A stretch of DNA of 64,000 bases. Origin: Fusobacteriota bacterium. GTDB lineage: Bacteria > Bacillota > TC1. Location: contig WTXA01000004.1 of the NCBI GenBank assembly GCA_009773805.1, forward strand, positions 295 to 64,294. Reading direction: 5' to 3'. Position numbers and translations under genes: made by a program. Below the pieces are notes generated by a model. It was not told the DNA's origin. It saw only the letters and a program-made list of their open reading frames with translations, and made no database searches. Of this stretch, positions 9,522 through 20,006 are shown piece after piece. How positions within the stretch are numbered: the stretch's first letter is position 1; every line of letters starts with the position of its first letter.

Positions 9522-10967
9522 TTATGAATCCAGTTTACTTTTTAATAACTCATTAACAATACCAGGATTTGCTTTGCCTTTGGAAGCTTTCATAACCTGA
9601 CCTACCAAGAAGCCAATCGAATTACCCTTTCCACTTTTATAATCCTCAACTGCCTTCGGATTAGCCTCGATAACCTCGATAATTATTGCCTCGATAGCAC
9701 TAGTATCTGAAATCTGAACCAAGCCCTTCTCTTCGACTATAACTTTTGGATTTTTACCTTCCTTGATCATTACAGGAATTATATCCTTAGCCAACTTACC
9801 ACTAATAGTCTTATCTTGAAGCAACTTTAACAATTCAATAAAAGCATTAGTGCTAACAGGGCTATTTTTAAAATCCAGACCAGCAGCTGCTAACTCTCTA
9901 TAGTAGTCACCCATTAAATAATTAACTATCAACTTAGGATCATCGATATTCTTTCTGACCTCATCATAAAAATCTGCTAAAAATCTTTCAGCAATCACTA
10001 AATTAGCATCATACGCAGATAAATCATCAACCTCCATCAATCTCTTTTTCCTTGATTCAGGGAGTTCGGGAAGTGTCGCCTTTATGCCCGCTATATATTC
10101 ATCTGTTAGAATTATTGGTGGAAGATCAGGCTCTGGGAAATATCTATAATCATGTGCATCAGCCTTACTACGCATGGATAAGGTAATACCCTTCTCATCG
10201 TCCCAGGTTCTTGTCTCTTGCTCTATAACACCACCATCTTCAATCACCTCAATTTGTCTCTCAACCTCATATTCAATAGCCTTCTGCAATGCTTTCAAAC
10301 TATTTAAGTTCTTAGTTTCAGTTCTAGTTCCAAATTCCTTTGCACCTACAAGTCTTACAGATACATTGGCATCCGCCCTTATTGAACCCTCTTCCATCTT
10401 ACAGTCAGAAACATCAATATATGTTAAGATCTTCTTTAAGACCTCCACATACTCCTTAGCTTCTTCACTTGACCTAATATCAGGTTCAGAAACAATTTCC
10501 AATAAAGGAACTCCAACCCTATTATAGTCAACATTTGATGAATCTGAACTGCTAATAGTCTTGCCACTGTGAACCAACTTACCAGCATCCTCCTCCATGT
10601 GAGCTCTTGTTATTCCTATTCTTTTTACAATACCATCTACTTCAATATCAAGATAGCCATGTTCGCATATTGGAAGGTCAAACTGAGAAGTCTGAAAATT
10701 CTTGGTAAGATCAGGGTAATAGTAGTTTTTCCTATCAAACTTACTGTAATTTGGAACCTTGGCATTAATAGCCAATCCAGTTCTAACACCAAACTCTACT
10801 ACTTTTTCATTAACAACAGGAAGCACACCAGGAAGTCCTAGACAAACTGGACAAACATGAGTATTAGGAGCACCACCGAACTCGGTCTTACAACCACAAA
10901 AAATCTTAGTAGCAGTCTTTAATTCGACATGTACTTCAAGACCAATTACTACCTCATACTTGTTCAT
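9522..10967 (-). CDS. gatB: Asp/Glu-tRNA(Asn/Gln) amidotransferase subunit B
   Basis: N-terminus MNKYEVVIGLEVHVEL and CPVCLGLPG motif. Sits in the gatCAB order. Confidence 0.95.
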   Translation of the reverse strand: MNKYEVVIGLEVHVELKTATKIFCGCKTEFGGAPNTHVCPVCLGLPGVLPVVNEKVVEFGVRTGLAINAKVPNYSKFDRKNYYYPDLTKNFQTSQFDLPICEHGYLDIEVDGIVKRIGITRAHMEEDAGKLVHSGKTISSSDSSNVDYNRVGVPLLEIVSEPDIRSSEEAKEYVEVLKKILTYIDVSDCKMEEGSIRADANVSVRLVGAKEFGTRTETKNLNSLKALQKAIEYEVERQIEVIEDGGVIEQETRTWDDEKGITLSMRSKADAHDYRYFPEPDLPPIILTDEYIAGIKATLPELPESRKKRLMEVDDLSAYDANLVIAERFLADFYDEVRKNIDDPKLIVNYLMGDYYRELAAAGLDFKNSPVSTNAFIELLKLLQDKTISGKLAKDIIPVMIKEGKNPKVIVEEKGLVQISDTSAIEAIIIEVIEANPKAVEDYKSGKGNSIGFLVGQVMKASKGKANPGIVNELLKSKLDS

Positions 10968-12410
10968 TTATTTCACCTCCGGTTTTCTTAAATGAAAATC
11001 ATTGCTTTGTTCAAATTTGTGTGCAACATTAAATAACAATTCCTCACTAAAAGGCTTGCCCAATATTTGCATACCTACTGGCAATCCATCAACAAAACCA
11101 CAAGGAATAGCAATACCTGGAATTCCCACTAAGTTAATAGTAACAGTACAAATATCGCCAAGATACATAGTAATTGAATCCTTGATATTTTCACCAATTT
11201 TAAATGGTAATGTTGGTGCTATAGGAGTTATTAAAACATCATATCTTTTAAACGCTTCATCAAAGTCCCTCTTTAACAAAGTTCTCACTTTTAATGCCTT
11301 CAAATAATAGGCATCATAATAGCCGGCACTTAAGGCATAGGTTCCAATCATTATTCTCTTTTTAACTTCTTTTCCAAAAAATTTATCTCTAGTGGCGGAC
11401 ATCATATCAGTAACATCTTTTTGATCCCAGTCTCTAACTCCATATCTAACTCCATCAAACCTAGCCAGGTTTGAACTCGCTTCAGCCGATGCAATAATAT
11501 AATAGGCTGGCAAAGCATATTCTGTATGAGGCAAGGTTGTTTCTTCAACTATAGCTCCAAGTTCTTCAAACTTAGCCAATGCCTTCTTCAAAGTATTCAA
11601 TACCTTCTCATCACCGCCAAAATACTCCTTAGGCACTCCAATGCGTAGTCCCTTAATATCTTTACCAATTATATCTAAAGTCTTGGTAGAAGGCATATTT
11701 GCAGACGTAGAGTCCATTTTATCATATCCACTGATTACATCATGGACTATCGCACAATCTTCTACATTTTTAGCCATTGGGCCAATTTGATCTAAACTTG
11801 ATGCATAGGCAATTAATCCATATCTTGACACCCTGCCATATGTAGGTTTCATGCCAACAACACCACAAAAACCAGCTGGTTGTCTAACACTTCCACCAGT
11901 ATCAGATCCTAGTGAAAAAACAACTTCCTCAGCAGCTACACTGGCCGCAGATCCTCCACTAGAACCACCAGGAACTCTATCAAGATCCCAAGGATTTCTC
12001 ACCAACTTATATGCTGAATTCTCACTTGAAGAACCCATGGCAAACTCATCCATATTACACTTACCAAGAATTATTCCACCTGCATTGTATAGTTTATCAA
12101 CTACAGTAGCATTAAAAACTGGTTTATAGTTTTCTAATATTTTCGAACCACAAGTTGTCACTATTCCCTTTGTTGAAATATTGTCCTTGATACCCATTGG
12201 TATTCCAGCCAATAAGCCTATTTCCTCTCCACTAGCTATCTTTTCATCTATAACTTGTGCATCTTCTATGGCTTTCTCACCTGTTATACTTAAATAGGTC
12301 CCAAACTTACTACTAGAAATCTCAAGCCTAGCCAAATATTCCTTAGCAAGTTCTACTGCAGATATCTCCCTATTAATTAATTGTTTATGTATCTCTCTAA
12401 TCTTCACCAT
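10968..12410 (-). CDS. gatA: Glu-tRNA(Gln) amidotransferase subunit A
   Basis: Amidase signature GGSSGGSAA. Abuts gatB. Confidence 0.95.
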   Translation of the reverse strand: MVKIREIHKQLINREISAVELAKEYLARLEISSSKFGTYLSITGEKAIEDAQVIDEKIASGEEIGLLAGIPMGIKDNISTKGIVTTCGSKILENYKPVFNATVVDKLYNAGGIILGKCNMDEFAMGSSSENSAYKLVRNPWDLDRVPGGSSGGSAASVAAEEVVFSLGSDTGGSVRQPAGFCGVVGMKPTYGRVSRYGLIAYASSLDQIGPMAKNVEDCAIVHDVISGYDKMDSTSANMPSTKTLDIIGKDIKGLRIGVPKEYFGGDEKVLNTLKKALAKFEELGAIVEETTLPHTEYALPAYYIIASAEASSNLARFDGVRYGVRDWDQKDVTDMMSATRDKFFGKEVKKRIMIGTYALSAGYYDAYYLKALKVRTLLKRDFDEAFKRYDVLITPIAPTLPFKIGENIKDSITMYLGDICTVTINLVGIPGIAIPCGFVDGLPVGMQILGKPFSEELLFNVAHKFEQSNDFHLRKPEVK

Positions 12411-12419
12411 AATTCACCC

Positions 12420-12704
12420 CTATAAAATACTTGGAACTTTGAAGTAATCATCTTCCCTGTCAGGAGCATTAGCTAATACATCCTCTAAATCCAAGCTCTT
12501 TTCAATAATATCAGTTCTAAAAACATTATGAATATCCAAGACATGACTAGTAGGTTCAACCCCTTGGGTATCTAATTCATTTAACTTTTCCATAAAATTC
12601 AAAACATCATTTAGTTCTTCCTCATATTTTTGCAATTCTTCATCATTCAAGCCTAATCTTGAAAGTATGGCTACATGTTTAACATCGTTAATTGTTATAC
12701 CCAT
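12420..12704 (-). CDS. gatC: Asp/Glu-tRNA amidotransferase subunit C
   Basis: 94-aa acidic protein directly upstream of gatA. Typical GatC N-terminus (VKHVAILSRL). Confidence 0.9.
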   Translation of the reverse strand: MGITINDVKHVAILSRLGLNDEELQKYEEELNDVLNFMEKLNELDTQGVEPTSHVLDIHNVFRTDIIEKSLDLEDVLANAPDREDDYFKVPSIL

Positions 12705-14700
12705 CTTCGACCTGCCTTTCTCCTATCTTTTTTAGAAATTCTTTAATTTCTATTACATCAACCCCAAGTTCTCTAGCCTTGGTCAATTTACTACCAGGTT
12801 CATTCCCTGCAAGTACAAATGAAGTCTTTTTTGATACACTTGAACTAGCTTTACCTCCATGAAGTTCTACTAAATTAGTCAATTCCTTCCTGTCATAACC
12901 TGGAAAACTTCCAGTTATTACAAAGGTTTTACCTACCAAGTCCTCACTTAAATTCTTAGTATCATCTTCCATCACAATTCCCAGATATTTCAAATCGGTA
13001 ATTATTTCTAAGTTTCTTTTTTCTTTGAAAAAAGTTAATAAACTATCTGCCATCTTATCCCCAACAGTTTCAATAGCTAATAACTCTTCACTTGTTGCCG
13101 CCATCAGCCTATCAACAGTCTTGAAATTTTTAGCTAATATCTTGGCCCCTTTATTACCTATAAGTGGTATACCAAAGCCATATATTAGCGGTCCTAAACC
13201 TCTTGTTTTACTAGTTTCAATAGCTTCAATTATATTATTGGCTGACTTTTCACCTAATCCTTCTAGCACACTAATATCATCTTTAGTCAATTTATATATA
13301 TCAACAGGTGTACTTATTAAACCCTCTTTGACAAAATATTCTATATATTTCTCACCTAAACCATCGATATTCATAGCATCTCTTGATACAAAATGTATTA
13401 AACCCTTTATTAATTGTGCTGGGCAGTATAGTTCTCCCGTACATTTTATACTTGCATCCAGTTTTATTACCTCGGATCCACAAACAGGACATACTACAGG
13501 AAATTTAAACACTTCACTATAATAAGGTCTTTTCTCGACTATAACTCTCACAACTTCAGGTATTACATCCCCGGCCTTTTGTAAAACTATGGTGTCTCCA
13601 ACCCTAATATCTTTTTCAAGGATATAGTCTTCATTGTGTAAAGTAGCACGTTTAACCATACTTCCACCTATCAAAGTTTCCTTTAATTCAGCCATAGGCG
13701 TAAGGACACCAGTTCTTCCAACTGATATAGTAATGTTCTCTACAATTGTTTCTTTTTGCTCTGGTGGAAATTTAAAAGCTATTGCCCATCTCGGACTTTT
13801 TTCAGTGTAGCCCATTTCTATTTGATCAGCTAAGCTATTAACCTTAACAACCACACCATCAATTCCATATTCTAGATTATTTCTCTCCACTACCAATTTT
13901 TCGCAGAATTCTATAATATCTTCTATATTACCAAGAACAAATCTTTCATTAGTATTAAACCCATTATTATTTAGTAACTTAATAGCATCACTTTGTTTTT
14001 TATAATCTAATACATTACTGTAGGTAATCTCATATATAAAAGATTTTAAATGTCTTTCCCTCGTTACATCACTATTTAATTGTCGTATTGAACCCGCAGC
14101 GCCATTTCTAGGATTTCTAAAAAGAGGTAGCCCTTCGTTAAGTCTTGTCTCATTCAAATCATCAAAAGTCTTATTGTCCATAAAGACTTCACCTCTGACT
14201 TCAAATTCACCAGCAACATCTATTGTTTTTGGAATATCTTCCACTTTAAGAATATTGTGGGTTACATTTTCACCAGAATCTCCATCTCCTCTAGTTGCAC
14301 CAACTATTAACAAACCATCCTTAAAGATCAGGGCGATTGATAATCCGTCTATCTTTAATTCAGCTATATATTCTACATCTGCCTTGTTTAAGGCTTTCTT
14401 AACTCTATTATCAAAGGTTCTTAAATCTTCATATGAAAAAGCATTGCCTAAACTAAGCAATGGATACCTATGCCTATATGAATGGAACTTTTCACTCACC
14501 TTGCCACCAACAATTTTTGTTGGACTATCCTGACTTATTAGTTCAGGATTGTCTTTTTCCAATTGAAGTAGTTCCTTCATATATTGGTCATATTCACTAT
14601 CGGTTATTGTCGGCATATCTTTTTCATAATAGTCAGCATTAGCTTTTTCTAATATTTTTCTAAGTTCTTCTATCCTTAACTTAATTTCCTTAATATTCAT
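12688..14700 (-). CDS. ligA: NAD-dependent DNA ligase
   Basis: Adenylation motif ELKIDG. Cys4 zinc finger (CPVCGS...C...C). HhH region and C-terminal BRCT (GKTFVITG). Confidence 0.95.
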   Translation of the reverse strand: MNIKEIKLRIEELRKILEKANADYYEKDMPTITDSEYDQYMKELLQLEKDNPELISQDSPTKIVGGKVSEKFHSYRHRYPLLSLGNAFSYEDLRTFDNRVKKALNKADVEYIAELKIDGLSIALIFKDGLLIVGATRGDGDSGENVTHNILKVEDIPKTIDVAGEFEVRGEVFMDNKTFDDLNETRLNEGLPLFRNPRNGAAGSIRQLNSDVTRERHLKSFIYEITYSNVLDYKKQSDAIKLLNNNGFNTNERFVLGNIEDIIEFCEKLVVERNNLEYGIDGVVVKVNSLADQIEMGYTEKSPRWAIAFKFPPEQKETIVENITISVGRTGVLTPMAELKETLIGGSMVKRATLHNEDYILEKDIRVGDTIVLQKAGDVIPEVVRVIVEKRPYYSEVFKFPVVCPVCGSEVIKLDASIKCTGELYCPAQLIKGLIHFVSRDAMNIDGLGEKYIEYFVKEGLISTPVDIYKLTKDDISVLEGLGEKSANNIIEAIETSKTRGLGPLIYGFGIPLIGNKGAKILAKNFKTVDRLMAATSEELLAIETVGDKMADSLLTFFKEKRNLEIITDLKYLGIVMEDDTKNLSEDLVGKTFVITGSFPGYDRKELTNLVELHGGKASSSVSKKTSFVLAGNEPGSKLTKARELGVDVIEIKEFLKKIGERQVEDGYNN

Positions 14701-14707
14701 TCTTCAC

Positions 14708-16867
14708 CTACCGTGATAGTTTTTTAATTGGAGCATACATAGCAAGTAGTTTTTTAATTCCTGAATTTGGGAAAGCAATTGATAACAAAAGATCCTTGCC
14801 ATCCCCTTCAATTTGTACAACCACACCTTCACCAAATTTACTATGAAATACTTTGTCACCAAGTCTGAATCCAGTTAGTATTGGTTCTTCACTATTTGAT
14901 GTTCTAGACATAAAAGTATCTCGTTCATAGGTCTTCTTGGCTACTGCTTGTTCCTTATGAGGAAAATCCTTTAACGCTGAAGGTATTTCATTTATAAATC
15001 TAGACATTTCATTACCACGAGTTATTCCATATTGATTTCTTAAATAGGCTCTTGTTAAATAGACTTTTTCTCTACCTCTTGTTATGCCAACATAACAAAG
15101 CCTTCTTTCCTCTTCCATCTCTACAGAACTACCAAGAGATCTAAAATGTGGGAAGATCCCCTCTTCCATTCCGGCTATAAAGACTATCTTATATTCAAGT
15201 CCTTTTGCCATATGTAAGGTTATTAGTGTGACTCTATTATCATCATTTAATTCATCAGTTTCGCTATATAAGGCTATATTACCTAAAAATGAATCTAAAG
15301 TCTTTTCTTCATCATGTATATCAAATTCTTTTGTTTCTGATAATAGTTCCTTCACGTTGGCAATTCTATCTCTTGCTTCATCGGATCTTTCTAGTTCAAG
15401 CTCCTTAAGATAACCTGTTTTATTGATTATAGCTTCAGTTAGCTCAGTTAGACTACATCCTGCCATTAATCTAAACTCACCAATCATTTGCAAAAATCCT
15501 AAAACCTTCTTTGAGGTTCCAGCATTTAAGTATTCGGCAGCTCTTTTCATGCTTTCTTCAATACTGATTTCTTCACTAGCCACAAAATTCAATATTTTAT
15601 CAACTGTAGTAGAACCAATACCTCTTTTAGGTGTATTTATTATTCTTTCAAAGGCAATTTGGTCCTTCGGATTATTTAAGAATTGAAGATAAGCAATTAT
15701 ATCTTTGATTTCTTTTCTTTTAAAGAAACTAAGTCCTCCAAATAACCTATAGGCTATCCCATAACGGGCAAGACTTTTCTCAATGATACGAGACTGAGCA
15801 TTTGTTCTGTAAAGGATAGCTATATCTTGATATTTATACCCTTTTCTTTTCTGTCTTTCAATTTCTCTAGCTAGATAAACAGCTTCTTCACTTTCAGTTT
15901 CAGCTTCAAAACAAGTTATTAAAGCTCCATCTTTTTTATTAGTCCAAAGATCCTTTGGTTTTCTATCGCTATTATTTTTAATAACTGCATTAGCTGCAGC
16001 TAGTATTTGTTCGGTGGAGCGGTAATTTTGTTCTAAAAAGACTACTTTTGCTCCAGGATTATCTTTTTCAAAATTAAGAATATTCCCCATATCTGCCCCT
16101 CTCCAGCCATATATAGACTGGTCAGGATCTCCTACAACACAAATATTCTTATGTATTTCTCCTAGCATCTTACTTAGTAGATATTGTACATAGTTAGTAT
16201 CTTGATACTCATCAATAAAAATATATTTAAATCTATTTTGGTAATATTCTAATACTTCCTTTTTCTTTTTAAATAATTCTACAGTTAAATACATCAAATC
16301 ATCAAAATCAAGACTATCAACAGATTTTAACTTCTTTTGATAATGCTTATATATTTTGGCAACAGCTTCTTCGTAATAGTCACTAGCTTTTTTGTTAGCT
16401 TGTTCCGGGCTTATAAGATTGTTCTTTAAAATGCTGATAGCATAAATGACAGCCTTGGCTGTAAATTTCTTGTCATCAATGTTAAGTTCTTTTAAGACTT
16501 TCTTCATTAGGTTTTCTTGGTCACTTGAATCATAGATATTGTAGTGATTAGTGTAGCCTAAGGCCTCAATGTCTCTTCTTAAAATCCTATTGCACATACT
16601 ATGAAAAGTACTAACCCATAAGGCTTTTGTAGTAAAGTTGCTGGTAGCAACAGCTATTCTGTTTTTCATTTCTTCAGCAGCCTTGTTGGTAAAGGTAATG
16701 GCTAGTATTTCATATGGACTTACACCTTTTTCAATTAAATGAGCAATTCTATTGGTTAGTACTTTGGTCTTTCCCGAACCTGCTCCTGCTATAATTAATA
16801 GTGGACCGTCACCATAGGTAACAGCCTCTTTTTGTTTTTCGTTTAATCCTGATAAATGTTTTTCCAT
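14708..16867 (-). CDS. pcrA: ATP-dependent DNA helicase PcrA (UvrD family)
   Basis: Walker A AGAGSGKT and UvrD-family motifs (DEYQDTN, VGDPDQSIY). Start moved to the ATG at 16867, which follows GAAGGAG; the track ORF begins at an upstream TTG. Confidence 0.93.
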   Translation of the reverse strand: MEKHLSGLNEKQKEAVTYGDGPLLIIAGAGSGKTKVLTNRIAHLIEKGVSPYEILAITFTNKAAEEMKNRIAVATSNFTTKALWVSTFHSMCNRILRRDIEALGYTNHYNIYDSSDQENLMKKVLKELNIDDKKFTAKAVIYAISILKNNLISPEQANKKASDYYEEAVAKIYKHYQKKLKSVDSLDFDDLMYLTVELFKKKKEVLEYYQNRFKYIFIDEYQDTNYVQYLLSKMLGEIHKNICVVGDPDQSIYGWRGADMGNILNFEKDNPGAKVVFLEQNYRSTEQILAAANAVIKNNSDRKPKDLWTNKKDGALITCFEAETESEEAVYLAREIERQKRKGYKYQDIAILYRTNAQSRIIEKSLARYGIAYRLFGGLSFFKRKEIKDIIAYLQFLNNPKDQIAFERIINTPKRGIGSTTVDKILNFVASEEISIEESMKRAAEYLNAGTSKKVLGFLQMIGEFRLMAGCSLTELTEAIINKTGYLKELELERSDEARDRIANVKELLSETKEFDIHDEEKTLDSFLGNIALYSETDELNDDNRVTLITLHMAKGLEYKIVFIAGMEEGIFPHFRSLGSSVEMEEERRLCYVGITRGREKVYLTRAYLRNQYGITRGNEMSRFINEIPSALKDFPHKEQAVAKKTYERDTFMSRTSNSEEPILTGFRLGDKVFHSKFGEGVVVQIEGDGKDLLLSIAFPNSGIKKLLAMYAPIKKLSR

Positions 16868-16910
16868 TATATCTCCTTCATACAACGATAATTATATCAT
16901 TTTTAATAGG

Positions 16911-16935
16911 AAAAAGGCATCTCAAGATGCCTTTT
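16911..16935 (-). terminator. Intrinsic terminator downstream of lgt
   Basis: Stem GGCATC/GATGCC with a 4-nt loop, followed on the minus strand by TTTTT. Confidence 0.6.
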
Positions 16936-16958
16936 AGTATATATATTTATTAGTTTGA

Positions 16959-17756
16959 TTATTTCTTTTTCTTCTTCTTTTTCTTTGAAGGAAACATATC
17001 ATGTGTATACAGATAAAGTAGATAAAATAAAGACATGAATATAGCTAAGCCACCTAACAATTGTGCAACTTTTATATCACCAATCATTAAACTATCAGTT
17101 CGCAATCCTTCAATTACTATTCTAGCAATTGAGTTAACGATTACTGCCAAAGCTATAAATGTACCTTTCTTTAACTTTGTTAGCTTAAGTATAAGAATTG
17201 TTAGTACAATGAACCAAAATATACCATTAATTGATTCATACAGGAATGTAGGGTGATAATATTTTCCATCAATCAGCATACCCTTCTCAATGAAAGCAGG
17301 AAATTTTTCAATAAAACCTTTAGTTACTACACTTCCATGAGCTTCCTGGTTAAAGAAATTACCCCATCTGCCAATTGCTTGTGCTAAAAGAGTTCCAATA
17401 CCTATTATATCCATATATCGTAAAGTATCCATTTTTTTCCACTTAGTGTAAACACCAATTGCTATCAGTCCGAATATAACACCACCATGGAAAGCTAGTC
17501 CACCTTGTCGTATATTGATTACATCCAATATCGAATCATACATATCTAAATTAAAAAATACATAATATAGTCTAGCACCTATAAAGCCACTCACTATCAC
17601 TGCAATAATCAGCCCAAAGAAATCATCCTCATTATAGATGCCTTCTTTTTTTAATATTAGACTTGAATATACAATTGTTGCTAAAACACCAATCGATATA
17701 AAAATCCCATACCACATAATACTTACTCCAAAAATTTCAAATGCTACTGGATTCAT
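16959..17756 (-). CDS. lgt: Prolipoprotein diacylglyceryl transferase with octa-lysine C-terminus
   Basis: Polytopic membrane protein with the Lgt signature GRWGNFFNQEAHG. C-terminus is SKKKKKKKK. Confidence 0.9.
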   Translation of the reverse strand: MNPVAFEIFGVSIMWYGIFISIGVLATIVYSSLILKKEGIYNEDDFFGLIIAVIVSGFIGARLYYVFFNLDMYDSILDVINIRQGGLAFHGGVIFGLIAIGVYTKWKKMDTLRYMDIIGIGTLLAQAIGRWGNFFNQEAHGSVVTKGFIEKFPAFIEKGMLIDGKYYHPTFLYESINGIFWFIVLTILILKLTKLKKGTFIALAVIVNSIARIVIEGLRTDSLMIGDIKVAQLLGGLAIFMSLFYLLYLYTHDMFPSKKKKKKKK

Positions 17757-18620
17757 CTACTCACTCCTTAATTTTGTTAATTTTGTAAATTCTTCTATTG
17801 AAAGGGTTTCAGCCCTTCTTTTACCATCTATTTTTGCCAAGTCCAGAAAATCTTGGACGGCACTCTTTTCTCCGCCAAAAATCCCTGCAAAAGAATTTAG
17901 CATATTTTTACGCCTCATGGCAAATCCACTTTTTATAAATTGGAAGAAGACTTTTTCAAGATCTTTTTCTAATAATTCTGATTTGTCTTTTAAATATAGC
18001 TTTATTACAACGGAATCAACTTTTGGTACAGGAAAAAAATTCTCCTTACCAACCTGAGTTACCAGGCTTGCTTCAGCATAGTACTTGACCGCAAGAGTCA
18101 ATACGCCATAGGCTTTAGTTCCAGGGGTTGCTAAGATTCTTTCTCCAACCTCTTTTTGGACCATTACTGTAATGCTTTCCATTCCAAAGTTATTTTCCAA
18201 TAAATGCATCAGTATAGGTGAAGTTATATAGTAGGGTAGATTTGCAACCACTTTAATACCACTTTGTCCTTCAAAAACTTCAGCTAGATCCACCTTCAAA
18301 ATATCGGCGTTCATTATTTCTAAATTATCGAATTCCCTAGTATTGTTTGTTAACAAAGGGATAGCATTTCTATCCAACTCAACAGCCACAACCTTTTTAG
18401 CTCTTGCTAAAAGATACCTGGTTAATGAACCTACTCCTGGACCAATTTCTAATACTATATCATCACTACCAACATCAGCACCATCAACTATTTCTAAGGC
18501 AATGCTCTCATTTACTAAAAAGTTTTGTCCTAAACTCTTCTTTGTATGAAAACTATTTCCGCCTAAGTTGGCTTTAAGATTCTTTAATTCACTTAATTTA
18601 CTTTCAACATCTTTTTTCAT
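17757..18620 (-). CDS. rsmA: 16S rRNA (adenine1518/1519-N6)-dimethyltransferase
   Basis: KKSLGQNFL motif, SAM-binding LEIGPGVGSLT, NLPYYITSPI. Confidence 0.93.
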   Translation of the reverse strand: MKKDVESKLSELKNLKANLGGNSFHTKKSLGQNFLVNESIALEIVDGADVGSDDIVLEIGPGVGSLTRYLLARAKKVVAVELDRNAIPLLTNNTREFDNLEIMNADILKVDLAEVFEGQSGIKVVANLPYYITSPILMHLLENNFGMESITVMVQKEVGERILATPGTKAYGVLTLAVKYYAEASLVTQVGKENFFPVPKVDSVVIKLYLKDKSELLEKDLEKVFFQFIKSGFAMRRKNMLNSFAGIFGGEKSAVQDFLDLAKIDGKRRAETLSIEEFTKLTKLRSE

Positions 18621-19198
18621 TCATGTCCTGCTTTTTCCAAGCTGATTAATAATTCATCAATATATTCATTTATATCTTCTCGTTCACTATTGATAACAAT
18701 ATCGGCTTTACTAATTCTTTCTTCTCTTGGCATTTGACACCTTATTATATCAAGAACTTCCTCTTGTGACAAATTACTTCTTTCACAGACTCTTTTAATT
18801 TGAGTTTTATCGCTACAATCCATTACCCAGGCCTGATCAAAATATGATTCAAGATTTTCTTCAAATAATAGGGGAACTTCTATAAAATATGTATCAGTCC
18901 CATCACTTACTTCCATAGCTTTTTTCATTATATTTGGGTGAGTTATGCTATTTAGGAGTTGTCTCTTAATATCATCTTGAAATACTATATTTCTTAACTT
19001 GGGCCTGTCTATCTCCCCATCAAATTTCAATATATCATTACCAAAACTATCAATAATATTTATATAATTACTGTTTCCTTTTTCCATTAATTCTTTAGCA
19101 ATTATGTCAGTATCGATTACTTTGTATCCCTTGGCTTTAATATAATTGGCAACATAGGACTTTCCACTTCCAATTCCACCTGTTATGGCTATTCTCAT
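18617..19198 (-). CDS. coaE: Dephospho-CoA kinase
   Basis: MRIAITGGIGSGKS P-loop at the trimmed start. The track ORF's 18 extra N-terminal residues overlap mutM and are rejected. Confidence 0.88.
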   Translation of the reverse strand: MRIAITGGIGSGKSYVANYIKAKGYKVIDTDIIAKELMEKGNSNYINIIDSFGNDILKFDGEIDRPKLRNIVFQDDIKRQLLNSITHPNIMKKAMEVSDGTDTYFIEVPLLFEENLESYFDQAWVMDCSDKTQIKRVCERSNLSQEEVLDIIRCQMPREERISKADIVINSEREDINEYIDELLISLEKAGHE

Positions 19199-19202
19199 AT
19201 TT

Positions 19203-20006
19203 TCACCTAATCCTTTGACAAATAGGACAGTAAACAGTTGTTCTGCCAGCAACCTTTATTTTCTCCAAGGTACAACCACAACAAATACATTCCTTACCAC
19301 CACGTCCATAAACCTGATGAGCATCTTGAAAACCACCTGCCGTGCCATCACCATTAACATAATCCCTAATAGTTGAGCCCCCAGCCAATATGGCTTTTTC
19401 AAGTATCCCTCTAATATTATCAAATAGAATAATATAGTCTTCGTCTTTCAACTTACTTGTTTCTGTAAGAGGATGAATTCCTGATGCAAATAGTATTTCG
19501 TCAGCATAGATATTTCCAATACCGGCAATGACAGTTTGATCTAGTAATATTTTTTTTAATGGTCCTCTTTTATTCATTAGTTTAGTTTTAAAAGCTTCTA
19601 ATTCCATCAAACCAGGTTCAAGACCTACTTTTGTCTTTAAATATATATTAAGTTCATCGTTACTTAAATAGTTTATTCTGCCGAATTTTCTAACATCGTT
19701 GTATATTAGGTAATTCCCATCAGTAAAATCAATTTTTAAATGTGTATGCTTGCCTATTTCTCCATTAAATAACAACTTGCCTGTCATTCTTAAATGAATC
19801 AACAGATTACCTTCATCAAGTCTTATAATGATGTATTTCCCTCTTCTTTCAAGGGTTACAATAGTTTTATCTTTTACTAGATCAATAAAGTCAGTTCTTT
19901 TATATACAATACTTGGAGTTATAATCTCTACAGATGCAATCTTTTTCCCTGAAACCTTATTAACCAAACTTCTAATAACATTTTCTACTTCTGGTAATTC
20001 TGGCAT
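19203..20006 (-). CDS. mutM: Formamidopyrimidine-DNA glycosylase
   Basis: N-terminal MPELPEVE and a C-terminal CxxC...CxxC zinc finger. Confidence 0.93.
   Translation of the reverse strand: MPELPEVENVIRSLVNKVSGKKIASVEIITPSIVYKRTDFIDLVKDKTIVTLERRGKYIIIRLDEGNLLIHLRMTGKLLFNGEIGKHTHLKIDFTDGNYLIYNDVRKFGRINYLSNDELNIYLKTKVGLEPGLMELEAFKTKLMNKRGPLKKILLDQTVIAGIGNIYADEILFASGIHPLTETSKLKDEDYIILFDNIRGILEKAILAGGSTIRDYVNGDGTAGGFQDAHQVYGRGGKECICCGCTLEKIKVAGRTTVYCPICQRIR

Noticed and set aside
18617-19252. Long N-terminal extensions in track ORFs: coaE here, and also ispF 59220-59291, thrS 52617-52652, trxB 42960-42995, pcrA 16868-16885, the MFS gene 48463-48480, and the SCIFF maturase 41546-41557
   Set aside because: Internal ATGs preceded by good Shine-Dalgarno sequences coincide with the conserved family N-termini (for example MRIAITGGIGSGKS and [10 protein letters not shown]). 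The extensions overlap upstream genes or begin at weak TTG/GTG codons.
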